Part shown: positions 40,195 through 50,052 of the stretch, in pieces | How the letters are laid out: each line of letters begins with the position of its first letter | Numbering within the stretch: the stretch's first letter is position 1 | DNA from: Camelus dromedarius | Taxonomy: Eukaryota | DNA: 64,000 nt | Assembly: GCF_036321535.1 (NCBI RefSeq) | Contig: NC_087447.1 | Span: 39,992,001 to 40,056,000 of the forward strand | Direction of reading: 5' to 3' | The notes under the pieces: generated by a model | Databases searched by the model: none | What the model saw: the letters and a program-made list of their open reading frames with translations, nothing else | What the model was told of the DNA's origin: nothing | Position numbers and translations under genes: made by a program

Positions 40195-41140
40195 CCTCTA
40201 GATTAGCTAATAGGCTGAATGACAGAATCAGGATTTAATAGTTAAGTATAACAAGGATAAAAATAACATCTTACACTTGGTTTCAAAAACCCAACTGAGC
40301 AAATCCAAGCTAGGGAAGGGAATGACTTAAGAGCAACAAACATAAAAATGTCTTCGAGGGAGCTGATAACAAGCTCAGTGAGAGATAACAGTGTGATGTA
40401 GCTGGCAGAATCAAGAGAAGCAGCTTCAGCTGCATTAATCGAACATGATGTCTATGCTAGAACAAGGGAGGTGACAGCCCTGTTCTAATCTGGACTGGCT
40501 GGACCAGACCACTACTGTACTATGTTGACTTCTGGGCAGCTCACGTTGAGAGAGTCTAGTAGTTCTTCTCCATTCCTCCGCACTCCCACTATGATCTACT
40601 CTCTGCACTGCTCTGTGCCCTAAGGGAGCGGACCCCTACAGACTGCATCACCAACACTCCCTCGCCCTGCTGACTTCCCACTGGGTCAAGCCAAACGAAA
40701 GCACCAGCAAGAGATTCAAGGGCAAGAACAGGAGAGAACACGCAGAGTATCTCTTGTGCCACCATCTCCCTGCTCCATCTCCACATTTTTGACTGGCTCT
40801 GTCCCTCTAAACTCCCTGTTCCTGTCAGCAACACCCTCTTCCAGAGCTCCCGCTCTCCATGGGTTCTGGCTTGCTCCCCTCGTCCCTACAGGCCTGGGGA
40901 TGGTAACGGCTCCCCCACTGCTGGTAGCTCCTAGGTGCCTCAGCATCCCTCTGTGTTCCCTTCACCCTGCCCACATCCCCAGAAATAGTCCCTTTTCTAC
41001 ATTATTTTTTAAATGCCAACTAATTTGACCTTCTGTTTCCTGCAGGGACCCTGACTGCAACTGAAGAGATGGGAGAACAGAGGGCCATGAAGCTCATCTT
41101 TGAGGACCAACTATAGAACAGAGGATGTTTGGACAGGTGA
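40195..41140 (+). mobile_element. L3/CR1 LINE remnant split by an LTR
   Basis: gaatgacagaatcaggatt, acacttggtttcaaaaacccaactg, acagtgtgatgtagctg, gctgcattaat, agggaggtgacagccc. Resumes after 41060. Confidence 0.8.
40560..41060 (+). mobile_element. ERVL LTR (LTR33A/B/C-like) nested in an L3
   Basis: ggcctggggatggtaacggctccccc ... accctgcccacat ... ctgtttcctgcagggaccctgactg. Confidence 0.7.
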
Positions 41141-41758
41141 AGGGATTCCACAAAACAAGCCAGTCCACTTGGAAAAAGTGCAGAGCCACCATTCCACCTG
41201 TTCTCCTGGCTGCATGTATAGTACAGTAGTAGATACAGAGAGATAAAGTAAACTTTTCTAAAGAGTTAGCAAAGTGGGGTGAGTGCTCCTGGAAGGTCAG
41301 GAGCTTCAGTAATTGAGTTGCCCTGTCTTAAGCTGGCGAGCCCATACCAGGAATACTGTAGGAAAGTTACAGGGATAGTCTAGGACAGCACTCTCCAAGC
41401 CAGGATTTCACAATTTGTTACCAACTGCATACTACTCAGGCATTGGTTTACCAAAATAACCACATAGGGAGAAAACATTATGGGGGGATGTATTTTACTG
41501 CTTCTTGCTTCAATATAGAGAAGTCTGGTTCTTTGTGTCAAGTCTGATAATTCTCAACACCGAGTTCTTTTTCATGCTTTAAGATAAATCAGGAAAATGA
41601 AACTTACTTTACATCCCAGCATCACAACCAAGTTTCTCTCAAACTACTAAAGAGTCTATGAAAAAAAAAATTTTTAACAAGAAATCTCTACCTACACACC
41701 AACCACTAGCCCTTTTTCAGAACTGTCACCATATTATTCAAAACAAAAATCAGGATGC

Positions 41759-42475
41759 TACATATAACAAATATTGGAGAGGATGTGAGGGAAAGGGAAC
41801 TCTCATACACTGTTGATGGTAGTGTAAATTGGGGCACTTTGGAAAACAGTATGCCGGTTCCTTAAAAAAACTAAAAATAGAACTACCATATGATCCAGCA
41901 ATTCCACTCTTGGCTACATATGCGGAAAAGATGAAAACTCTAATTTGAAAAGATCCATGCACCCCAATGTTCACAGCAGCACTATTTACAATAGCCAAGA
42001 GGTGGAAGCAACCCAAGTGCCCATCAACAGACAACTGGATTAAAATGTGGAATATTACTCAGCCATAAAAAAGAATGGAATATACCATTTACAGCAACAT
42101 GGGTGGACCTAGAGAATACTATGCTTAGTGAAATAGGCCAGAAAAAGGCAAATACTAACTAAATCACTTATATGTGGAATCTAAAAAATACAAATGAATG
42201 TATATACAAAACAGAAACAGACTCACAGATACAGAAAACAAACTTGTGATTACAAAGGGGAGAGGGACAAATTAAGGGTATAGGATTAACAGATACAAAC
42301 TACTATATATAAAATAGATAAGCAACAAGGATATGCCGTATGACACAGAGAACTAAACACATTATCTTGTAATTACCTATAATGGAATATATTCTGCAAA
42401 AATACTGACTCACTATGATATACACCTGAAACTAACACAATATTGTAAATCAACCATACTTCAATATAAAAAGAA
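41759..42475 (+). mobile_element. 5'-truncated artiodactyl-type LINE-1
   Basis: L1 ORF2 end (gaactaccatatgatccagcaattccact), 3' UTR and A tail. TSD aaaaatcaggatgc (41745-41758) / aaaaaccaggatgc (42476-42489). Confidence 0.93.
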
Positions 42476-42949
42476 AAAAACCAGGATGCAAAATCTGCCC
42501 ATGAGACAAAATATTTTACATGTAAACTGTCCTAGAGAAAAATAAGATCTCCTCAATTCACCCTGGTGGGAAAAAGGAAATGGTTTTGCAGGAGCCCTTT
42601 AACTCCTGAGTTCACAGAAGGGTCACAGCCAAGGATGCTACTGTGCGTGTGTAGAACTGAGGTTTTCTCCTGGGGTACGAGTTTATCATTTATCACAGAG
42701 TGGGGCCACTAGGACAGCCAGCTCTTCACTCATTCATTCAACAAACATTTGGTGTTGATCTACTTATTCATAGAGCCCTGCTGGGCCCGGGGGACCAACA
42801 AAAGAACCAGAGGCCAACGCAGCAACCGCACACTTCAGCAGGTCTAGGAAATGATCTGATTTCAAAGACCAATGAAGGCAAAGAGTAAGAGTGACGGCGC
42901 CCAGAAAAGTTTCAGCAGAAGACTTGGGAACTGCCAGCCTCTGGCACGG

Positions 42950-43870
42950 AGAAGGCGGAGACTCGGGGCCTACAGGAGGACGCCGCCTCCGGGCTGGCGG
43001 GCCCGGCCGCCTCCTCGGCCCCCGGCCCAGCGCGGTCGTCGCCTGGGCCCGGGCCCGGGCCGCCCCACCCGATAGCCGCGGGGACCCGAGAGGGCAGAGC
43101 CGGGACGACCCCGAGCAGGGCGGCGGCGAGGCCCGGCCCCGCGCGACGTCCCCGGGCAGCGCGCGCCCGCGCCTCCCCCCGCCGTCCTGGACGCCGGGCA
43201 CCCGCGACGCGCTCCCGCCCGGCGTGGGGAGCCCCGGCCCCCTCGGCCCCGGGCCCTGCCGTCCGCCGGTCTGGGCCGCACTCACCTTCCTTGGCTTTCT
43301 TCCTCCGGGCCAGAGTCCCTCCGAGTTTCCCCAAGAAGGAGTCATCTTTCTTCCGGGACGGGGGCGACTTGGGAGTGGGGGACTTGGGGACAGACGGCGA
43401 CTTCTGCGGGGAGGTGGCCATGGCGGCGGAGCGGGCAGCCGCGCGCGGGCCGGTCAGGACGCGGAGCTGGCGCTGGGCGGACGCGGCGGGCGCGGCGGGA
43501 CTGAGGCTGCGGCTTTCCAAACGGAAGCGGAATTATTCCAAGCATTTGAGGCAACTCACGCTCGCCTTTCCCTTCCCTCTCTCCCTCCCTCGCGCCGCCC
43601 TCCGCCCTGCAAGGAGCTGCGCGCTCGGGGCCCGCGCCCCGCTGCTGCCCGGAATAGGGAGGATGCCCCAAATCTGCCCCTTGCAGGACATGCGGCCTTG
43701 TCTGCTTATGAGTGTGTGACCCTCCCGCCTGGGAGCCCTGGAGCCTGGAGGCCACACTTCTCCCGGCTTTGCACCCGGCGCAGTTCCTCGCCCCCGCCCC
43801 GGGTTTCGGTGATTGCTGAATCGAACTCACCTGCTGCTCTGTCTTCGGCTGTCTTGGCCCGGCTGCTTGG
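42950..43870 (-). promoter_or_regulatory. PARVA: CpG-island, TATA-less promoter, 5' UTR and exon 1 region of PARVA
   Basis: Abrupt, very GC- and CpG-rich block around the start codon. Contains GC boxes (CCCCGCCCCC near 43791, CTCCGCCC near 43600) and an ETS core (CGGAAG near 43522). No TATA box seen. Confidence 0.92.
43286..43421 (-). CDS. PARVA: Alpha-parvin (actopaxin/CH-ILKBP), coding exon 1 (residues 1-45 plus 1 nt)
   Basis: Translates MATSPQKSPSVPKSPTPKSPPSRKKDDSFLGKLGGTLARRKKAKE, the known alpha-parvin N-terminus. The ATG at 43421 is in a perfect Kozak context (GCCGCCATGG). The exon ends at a phase-1 donor, GAAG|GTGAGT, which fits the next residue being Val (G|TG). Length 136 nt. Confidence 0.98.
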
Positions 43871-44249
43871 TGAGGAGCTCCCTCTTCGCCTGCATTTCTA
43901 ACTATACAGTTACTAGGCCCGTGTCTTGTGCCCACGAAAGAGTGAGGAAGCTGGGGAAGAAATTATTATAGTGAACCAAAATACCTTCGGGCCCCACCAG
44001 CTGGGCACATCCAGCTGTTCCTGCACTTACCCGTGACTGTCAGCCTCCTCTTCACCCTCATCTAAGACGAAGTTTTGAAGTTCATGAGTGCAGGGCCAAG
44101 ACCTATTCCTAGAGACATCCCTGTTTCTAGCAGTTCAATGGCTTGCACAAAGGAGGGTCCCAAGTGTAGGTGGAAACGTGAAGGGGAAGGTAGGAGACCA
44201 TGGGCTCCTGTGAGACACTCACTCCCTTGCAACTAATCTTACATAAAAG

Positions 44250-44975
44250 CAACAAAGTGACAACCAGACTCATATGGGATAACGGGAGCGGCACAAACCC
44301 ATGGCAAGGACTCATGCTGGAAATTAATAAAAGGCACTTTTTAAGGTGCTTGGCCACTTGAGATTCTCGGCTTTCCTGGCGTCTTTCTGTCTCTTTCACA
44401 TACCCTCACACAACTCCGTGGCAAGTGTGTTGTCTCCAAGTAGCCACAGCTGATGGACCCTGGGTGATCACCTGACCCAAAGGGACCAAATGCTTGACTA
44501 GAGAGTAGCCAATTAGATCACCTCCATCAAGAATCTGAACTAAGCTAGAGACTGTTATCAGAAGTTGATCACTTAGTGGAGATGGGGGGACTGACAGCTC
44601 AGTGGTAGGCACAAATGAGGTCCTGGGTTCTATCCACAGTACCTCCATTAAAAACAAAAAGAGGTTGAGCACTTAGTGATGACCATGCTGACTCAAGGGG
44701 GTGAGGGAGCTCATTTTTAGCCACAGCATGCTGATGAGTAGAGAAACAAAACAGTGGAGCAAAGAAGTGTGCTCAAAAAGCCCTGTGGTCTGAGTAATGA
44801 AAAACCACAGGAGTAGCTGCCTGGACCTTGAACCTCTTCCCAGTGCTCACTTGCAGTTCTCTGGAGGGCCAGCTGGGATTCCTTCCCAGGACACATTCTA
44901 GAGCATTGAAATAACCCACTCGCCTTTACTTGGGCCAATCAGTCAACTAACAAGCAACAGTTCCTGAGAACACAA
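44250..44975 (+). mobile_element. Degenerate ERVL LTR (LTR33/LTR16-like) just upstream of the PARVA CpG island
   Basis: cacctgacccaaag...gccaattagat...gaatctgaact motif; hosts the 44581 SINE. Confidence 0.5.
44581..44660 (+). mobile_element. Short, internally deleted Vic-1-like SINE inside an LTR
   Basis: CAGCTCAGTGGTAG...GAGGTCCTGGGTTCTATCCACAGTACCTCCATTAAAAAC. TSD gaagttgatcacttagtg (44561-44578) / gaggttgagcacttagtg (44661-44678). Confidence 0.85.
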
Positions 44976-45404
44976 ATTTAACAAACAAGATGGTCAGTAG
45001 ATCCTCAGCAGATATGTGTTCACCTTATCTTTGCTTAACAGTCGTAATTTTCTTTTTTGAAAATTATATTTTAGCTGGTTCCTCTTACCTAATGGAAAGC
45101 AGAGAAGTCATAACTGCTAGAATTTTCATGCGGAGATTACAGTGACCACCCCCTCCCACCATTACCACTCTGATAAACCTGAAAGAGATGTTGAGATGCC
45201 AAAATAGAATTGTGTTCTTAATACATTAATCGTTCTTGTTCAGGATATTGTATACATAAGGACATCTCCAAAATCTGATCTCCACCCTGGGAACTCTTGT
45301 CCAGGAATCAGACACACAGCTCAATAGCTATGTGATCTCGGGCAAGTTTCCTCCCATTTCTGAGTCTCTGTTTCTTCATCTACAGGATGAATTGCTGGAA
45401 GACC

Positions 45405-45600
45405 ATAATGGTTCTCAAACCTGATTGTGTTTCACAGCCCCTCATGGAGTTTGTTACAAACATTTGCAAGCCCTGTTTTGCTAGAAATTCTGATTCAGTA
45501 CACCTGAAGAGAAACCCAGGGATAGGTATTTTTTTTAACAGGGATTAATTACAGCAGGTGATTTTGATGTAGCTGATCTATGCACTGATACTCGGGTACC
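45405..45600. mobile_element. MER5A/B-like MITE
   Basis: tggttctcaaacct; agaaattctgattcagta; caggtgattttgatgtagc. Confidence 0.65.
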
Positions 45601-45844
45601 TTCAACCACTTCCAGCTCAAACATTCTGCGGTTCTCTATTCTCCAATTGCTGATCTAGATGCAGGACTTAGGTTTAAACATGACATGGTCAAATTTATAC
45701 ATGGAGATCTCATAAATCACTCATGCATGCTTTTGCACATATAACCCTTCTTGGTAATTTTTATGCATACTGAAGTTTGAAAATGACTGAGCAAGACTAA
45801 GTCTTGATTGTTGAATGCTAACTCCCAAGAAATACTAGCAAAAT

Positions 45845-46310
45845 AAGCTGTGGAGAAGGCAAAGCTGAGTTTATCATACATCATAAGGAGAGTCCTACTT
45901 TGGCAGAGTCTTAGCAGCATCTTGACTGGGGGAGAGCAAAGCAGGGATATTTATAAGGTTTTGGAATATGGTTTAAGGCACATCTTTCAGTGGGGTAGTG
46001 CTGAATTCATTTGGCTAAAGATCATGATATACTAGTTTAGGATTGGTGGACACAAGGAAAGACGTTCAAAGAGTCTTGGAGAGTAAATAGTCTTTAATGC
46101 TATCTATTGAAAAGTTTAAGGGTTTTATGTTCAATTCAATGAGATTGTGGGGGAACTAACTGAACAATAATGTTATTTATAACTTTTATCTTTCTGTGCA
46201 AGAATTTTTTGGAATAGTTGACATTATGTTGATAAACACAGGGCAATGGTAAATTCCTGTTAATGTGACACTAACCTGTATGGGTGTGAATGGTTTCTAG
46301 GGTGTCAAAA
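45845..46310 (-). mobile_element. Probable ERV1-class solo LTR
   Basis: TG...CA-bounded block with LTR-like composition (gcagggatatttataagg, ggattggtgga). Family not resolved. Confidence 0.4.
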
Positions 46311-46403
46311 TTATGCAGATGTCTTGTTATTCAAACATCTGCCTCTTAGATAATTATCAATCTCTCTTGAAAGACCAAGTGGAATGGATAGTGAATTATA
46401 AGT

Positions 46404-46615
46404 CAGTGCTATTTGAAGTGTAGTCTGAAAAGCAGTATTGATCTGCAAACTGTTATTAATCCTTGATGATCTAAATGTAGAAACTGAGTGTTTAGAAACT
46501 TTCATACACTTTAATAATGCAATTTTATATTTGTTTAGTATTTTTTATTGTATTCTACAAAAATATTGATCTACGATGGATTGCTCCTTCACCACTGATC
46601 ACCTGAAAAGCAGTG
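46404..46615. mobile_element. hAT-Charlie MITE (MER5C1-like)
   Basis: cagtgcta...gaaaagcagtg termini; shares tttagaaactttt with the 22990 element. Confidence 0.6.
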
Positions 46616-47179
46616 TTCTGAATTGCTCCAGTTTGCTTACAGATTTTATATACTTTCTTTTGATATTATGCTTTTATAGATCTTATGGATATGAATTGAT
46701 CTGGTGTTTGTTCAAAGATTAAATGAGATAATATATTGGAAACACTTTGCACTTTCAGGGCCTGGCACTGAGGTAGACTGAATCTAACTCTACTTCAATC
46801 AGGGACACACACCACAGGCTGTCCATTGTTACGATGCAGAGAAGTACCTGCACCAGCTCCCAACAGTCTAAATTGGTATTTATAATCATGGCCCCACTAA
46901 CCAGCTTCCCTTCTCAGGCGTGATCACTGGTTTCATCTCATCCAGGGTCAGATGATAAGGACAGCTCATCAGTTACACGTGTGTTGCTGTGAGATTCTGC
47001 TGAATCTCCAGGCCAGTCTCTCTTTGAAATCTAGACCTAAGCAAACTGCCCTGGGAGAGACTAACCCAGTCCCGGTTCAGTGGGTGGGTGACCTTGGACA
47101 AATCTCTGCCCTTTCTGTACTTTTATTTCCATCATCAGTAAAGTAAAGCTAAGGTAGTTTCCACTAACTGAACATCCCA

Positions 47180-47720
47180 CTTACCTTATGATCAACAATT
47201 TCAACCTAGGTTATACCTAACAAAATGAGTACATGTGTGTGCCCAGATATATGTTCTAGAAGGTTCATAGCAGCACCATTCCAATGCCTATTAACAGTCA
47301 AATCACTAAGTAAACTGCGATAGTCACACAATGGAATATTACACAGTGGTGAGAAGGAACAGTTGGCAACTACAAGCAGTAATGGGAACGTCCCACATGA
47401 GGTAATGTGGAGTGAAAGAAATCAGACACGAAAGAGCATATACTGTATTATTCCAGTCATATAAAGTTCAAAAACAGGCAGAGCTAGTCTCTGGTGTTAG
47501 AAGTCTGGGTAGCGATTAGCCTTGGGAGGGGTAGTGACTAGAATAGGGATGGGGAAGGTATGAGAGAGGAGATCGGAGCTGCTGATGTTCTGTTTCTTGA
47601 TCTGGGTCCTGGTGACACGGGTATATTTACTTCAAAAACTCACGGAAGTTTCGCTTAATAATTTGATTTTCTGTATGCATATTGTACTCCTATAAAAATG
47701 TACAAATTTTTCACAAAATG
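47180..47720 (+). mobile_element. Old LINE-1 3' fragment (L1MC/ME type)
   Basis: acaatggaatattacacag, gtgaaagaaatcagacac, taaagttcaaaaacaggca, gttctgtttcttgatctggg. Confidence 0.8.
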
Positions 47721-49587
47721 ATTGAATTTTGAAAATGAAGTCATGAGATTGCGTGCTCCGTGGGGTCCCTTTTATGTCTATGGTCTCCTTATCTAACACT
47801 CACGTTTAACTTGTGAGTTATTCTGCTCATCTAACCCTTGGGTAAGATGAAACCAATGACCGATGACCCACATCACTCAAAAATCCACTCAAACTAGGTC
47901 AGTTCTGTCCCCAGACCTTCCCTCAGAGGACCATTTTTCTAGCCAAGCACGTGCAGCCGTCATCCACCCAGCATCATACCTATCCTGGTCCTCTCATCTT
48001 CCCTCAGCAATTCCAACAGGTAGGGCTTTGTAATTTACAAGGCTGGACCATGTCGTGGTGAAGGTCTGGGGTTCAAATTGCCACTTGGCAGCACCGAAAT
48101 CTGTATAATCTAACTCTCTGTGCCTCAATTTTCTCATCAAAATGAGTTCCTACCTCATAAAGTTGTTGGTATGACCAAGAGAGTTAGTGTAATCTACTCA
48201 TCTCAGTGCCCAGCAGGTCACAAGTCTTAGTTCAATAAGTGTTTGATATTAATCTCATTCGAGACTCGTAAATTATATTATCATTACCTCCATTACACAA
48301 ATGAATAACCTGAAATTTGGAGAGTGTGAACAACCTGCTTCAGATCACAGAGCCCACAACTGAGAGATCAACGCTACGGCCCTTAGAATCCGTTCTCCCG
48401 AAGATCCACGGGATCTACAGTTTTCAGCTAGGATTACACTGCAGTCCCTCAGGATAAAGACTGTATTTCCCAGCGAGGTGCAATCACAGGACTAAGCTTC
48501 GACCAATGGGAAGTAAGCAAAAGCGTTACGTGACAGCTTTCAGGAATCTTCCCAAGAAATAGTTGGGAATTGGAGGTTCAGCTTCTCATATCATCAGACT
48601 GTATAACACAGGCCAAGCCTCCCACTGAGAACAACTGGAAATGCTGGACAAAATGTTAAATAAATCTGCTTGTGAGCATGGGAAAGCTAATAGAACCTAC
48701 AGGGCCAAGATCTAGGAGAAAGATGAGGCCCAGAGCGGTAAGCCCATCACTTGGGGACTAATTTCTCCCCAGTGGCACCCGCCACTTGCAGAAGAGGCAG
48801 CTGAGAAGCCAAAGGGTTGAGCAGGGTAGTTGCCAACCTCACAAGAGTTAAATAGACCAAACTGGGGGCCCCCACTAAGCCCCCCTTGCTTTGGTTTGGG
48901 ACTCCACAAGAATCCACTCTAGTAGACAAGAAGAAAATAAAGGCACATTTAGTTTAAAAAAAAAACACACAACTGAGAAAAATTATTAATAAATAGCAGA
49001 TCCAAACAAAAGGAAACACTAAAGTGTACAGCAGAAGGAAAGTTGTTCCAGATGGAAGGAGAAAACAAGTAACAGGGTAAATACATGGGTGCATCTAAAA
49101 GTATTAACTACATAAAATAACAATAATGTCTCATTGGGTTTTAAAGTATATAAGTCACATGGAAATACATAAAAGCAAAAGCATTTAAATTGGGAAGTGA
49201 GTAAACAGAGTTCAGTCCCAAGATCCATGCATTGTCTAGAAGTAGAAGTAAAAATTACTATTGGACTTTGATATATCAGGGAATCCTGTCGTAACCTCTA
49301 GGGTAACCATTAAAAGAATAGTAAAAGAGTAACTACTAAGATAACGGAGAGAAAACTGGAGTCTGTGTGTTCCATTCAGGCAGATTTCATAAACTGTCTC
49401 TCTGTCAAGGCAACTTGTCTTTTATATTCTGTTTCCTCTTTGTTTTGCTGTGTTCCTTTTTTGCTGTACAGGTTAAAAACCCAGGCTAGAGGTAAACTAA
49501 GCATCCCAAATCAAGTTCAGGTAATCCTCAAACCGGAAGAGGCTTTCACTGGGGAAGACTCCACGGTTCCCAAGCAGGAATACCACC

Positions 49588-50052
49588 TGTTATGGGTTGA
49601 ACTGTGTCCCCTAAAAAAAGCTGTGTTGAAGTCCTACCCCTAGAACCTTAGTGTGATGTTATTTGGAAAGAGAGCCATTGCAGATGTGATTAGTTATGTT
49701 AAAATCACATGTTAGGTCGTACTGGAAAGGCACATCATACCAGTAAGACCAGGGTCCTTAGGAGAAGGGAGAAGTGTAGCCCCAGACACGCACAGAAGGA
49801 AGATGATGTGAAGACACACCGCTGGAAGATGCCCACCGGAGCTGTGCTGCCACAGCCAAGGAACGCCTGGGCCACCAGAAGCGGGAAGAGGCGAGCAAAT
49901 ACCCTCCCCTAGGGGCTTGAGAGGAAGCACTGCCTGGAAGACACCTTTATTTTGGACTTCTAGCCTCCAGAACTGTGAGAGGATGAATTTCTGTTGTTTT
50001 AAGCCGCCCAGTTTGTGGTACTTTCTTACGGCAGCCCTTTGAAACCAATATA
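49588..50052 (+). mobile_element. MaLR solo LTR (MLT1B/C-like)
   Basis: tgttatgggttgaactgtgtcccc ... ggacttctagcctccagaactgtgaga ... ttaagccgcccagtttgtggtacttt. Confidence 0.9.

Larger units (their letters stand above)
1..43285 (-). other. PARVA: PARVA intron 1 (partial; continues beyond the window start)
   Basis: Begins with GTGAGT at 43285. No sequence encoding the next parvin residues (VSELQEEGMNAINLPL...) was seen in the window, consistent with the very long first intron of mammalian PARVA. Confidence 0.9.

Noticed and set aside
43359..43390. G-quadruplex-like G runs inside PARVA exon 1
   Set aside because: Explained by the Pro/Ser codons of the repeated KSP phosphorylation motifs on the coding strand.
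42912..43520. 202-aa ORF taken as a complete protein
   Set aside because: Only 43286-43421 is PARVA coding. The ORF starts at a TTG and runs through the splice donor into the intron.
42891..43901. 336-aa antisense ORF and other long ORFs over the PARVA promoter
   Set aside because: Non-ATG (GTG) start and low-complexity Gly/Pro/Arg/Ala content. Stop codons are simply rare in a CpG island.
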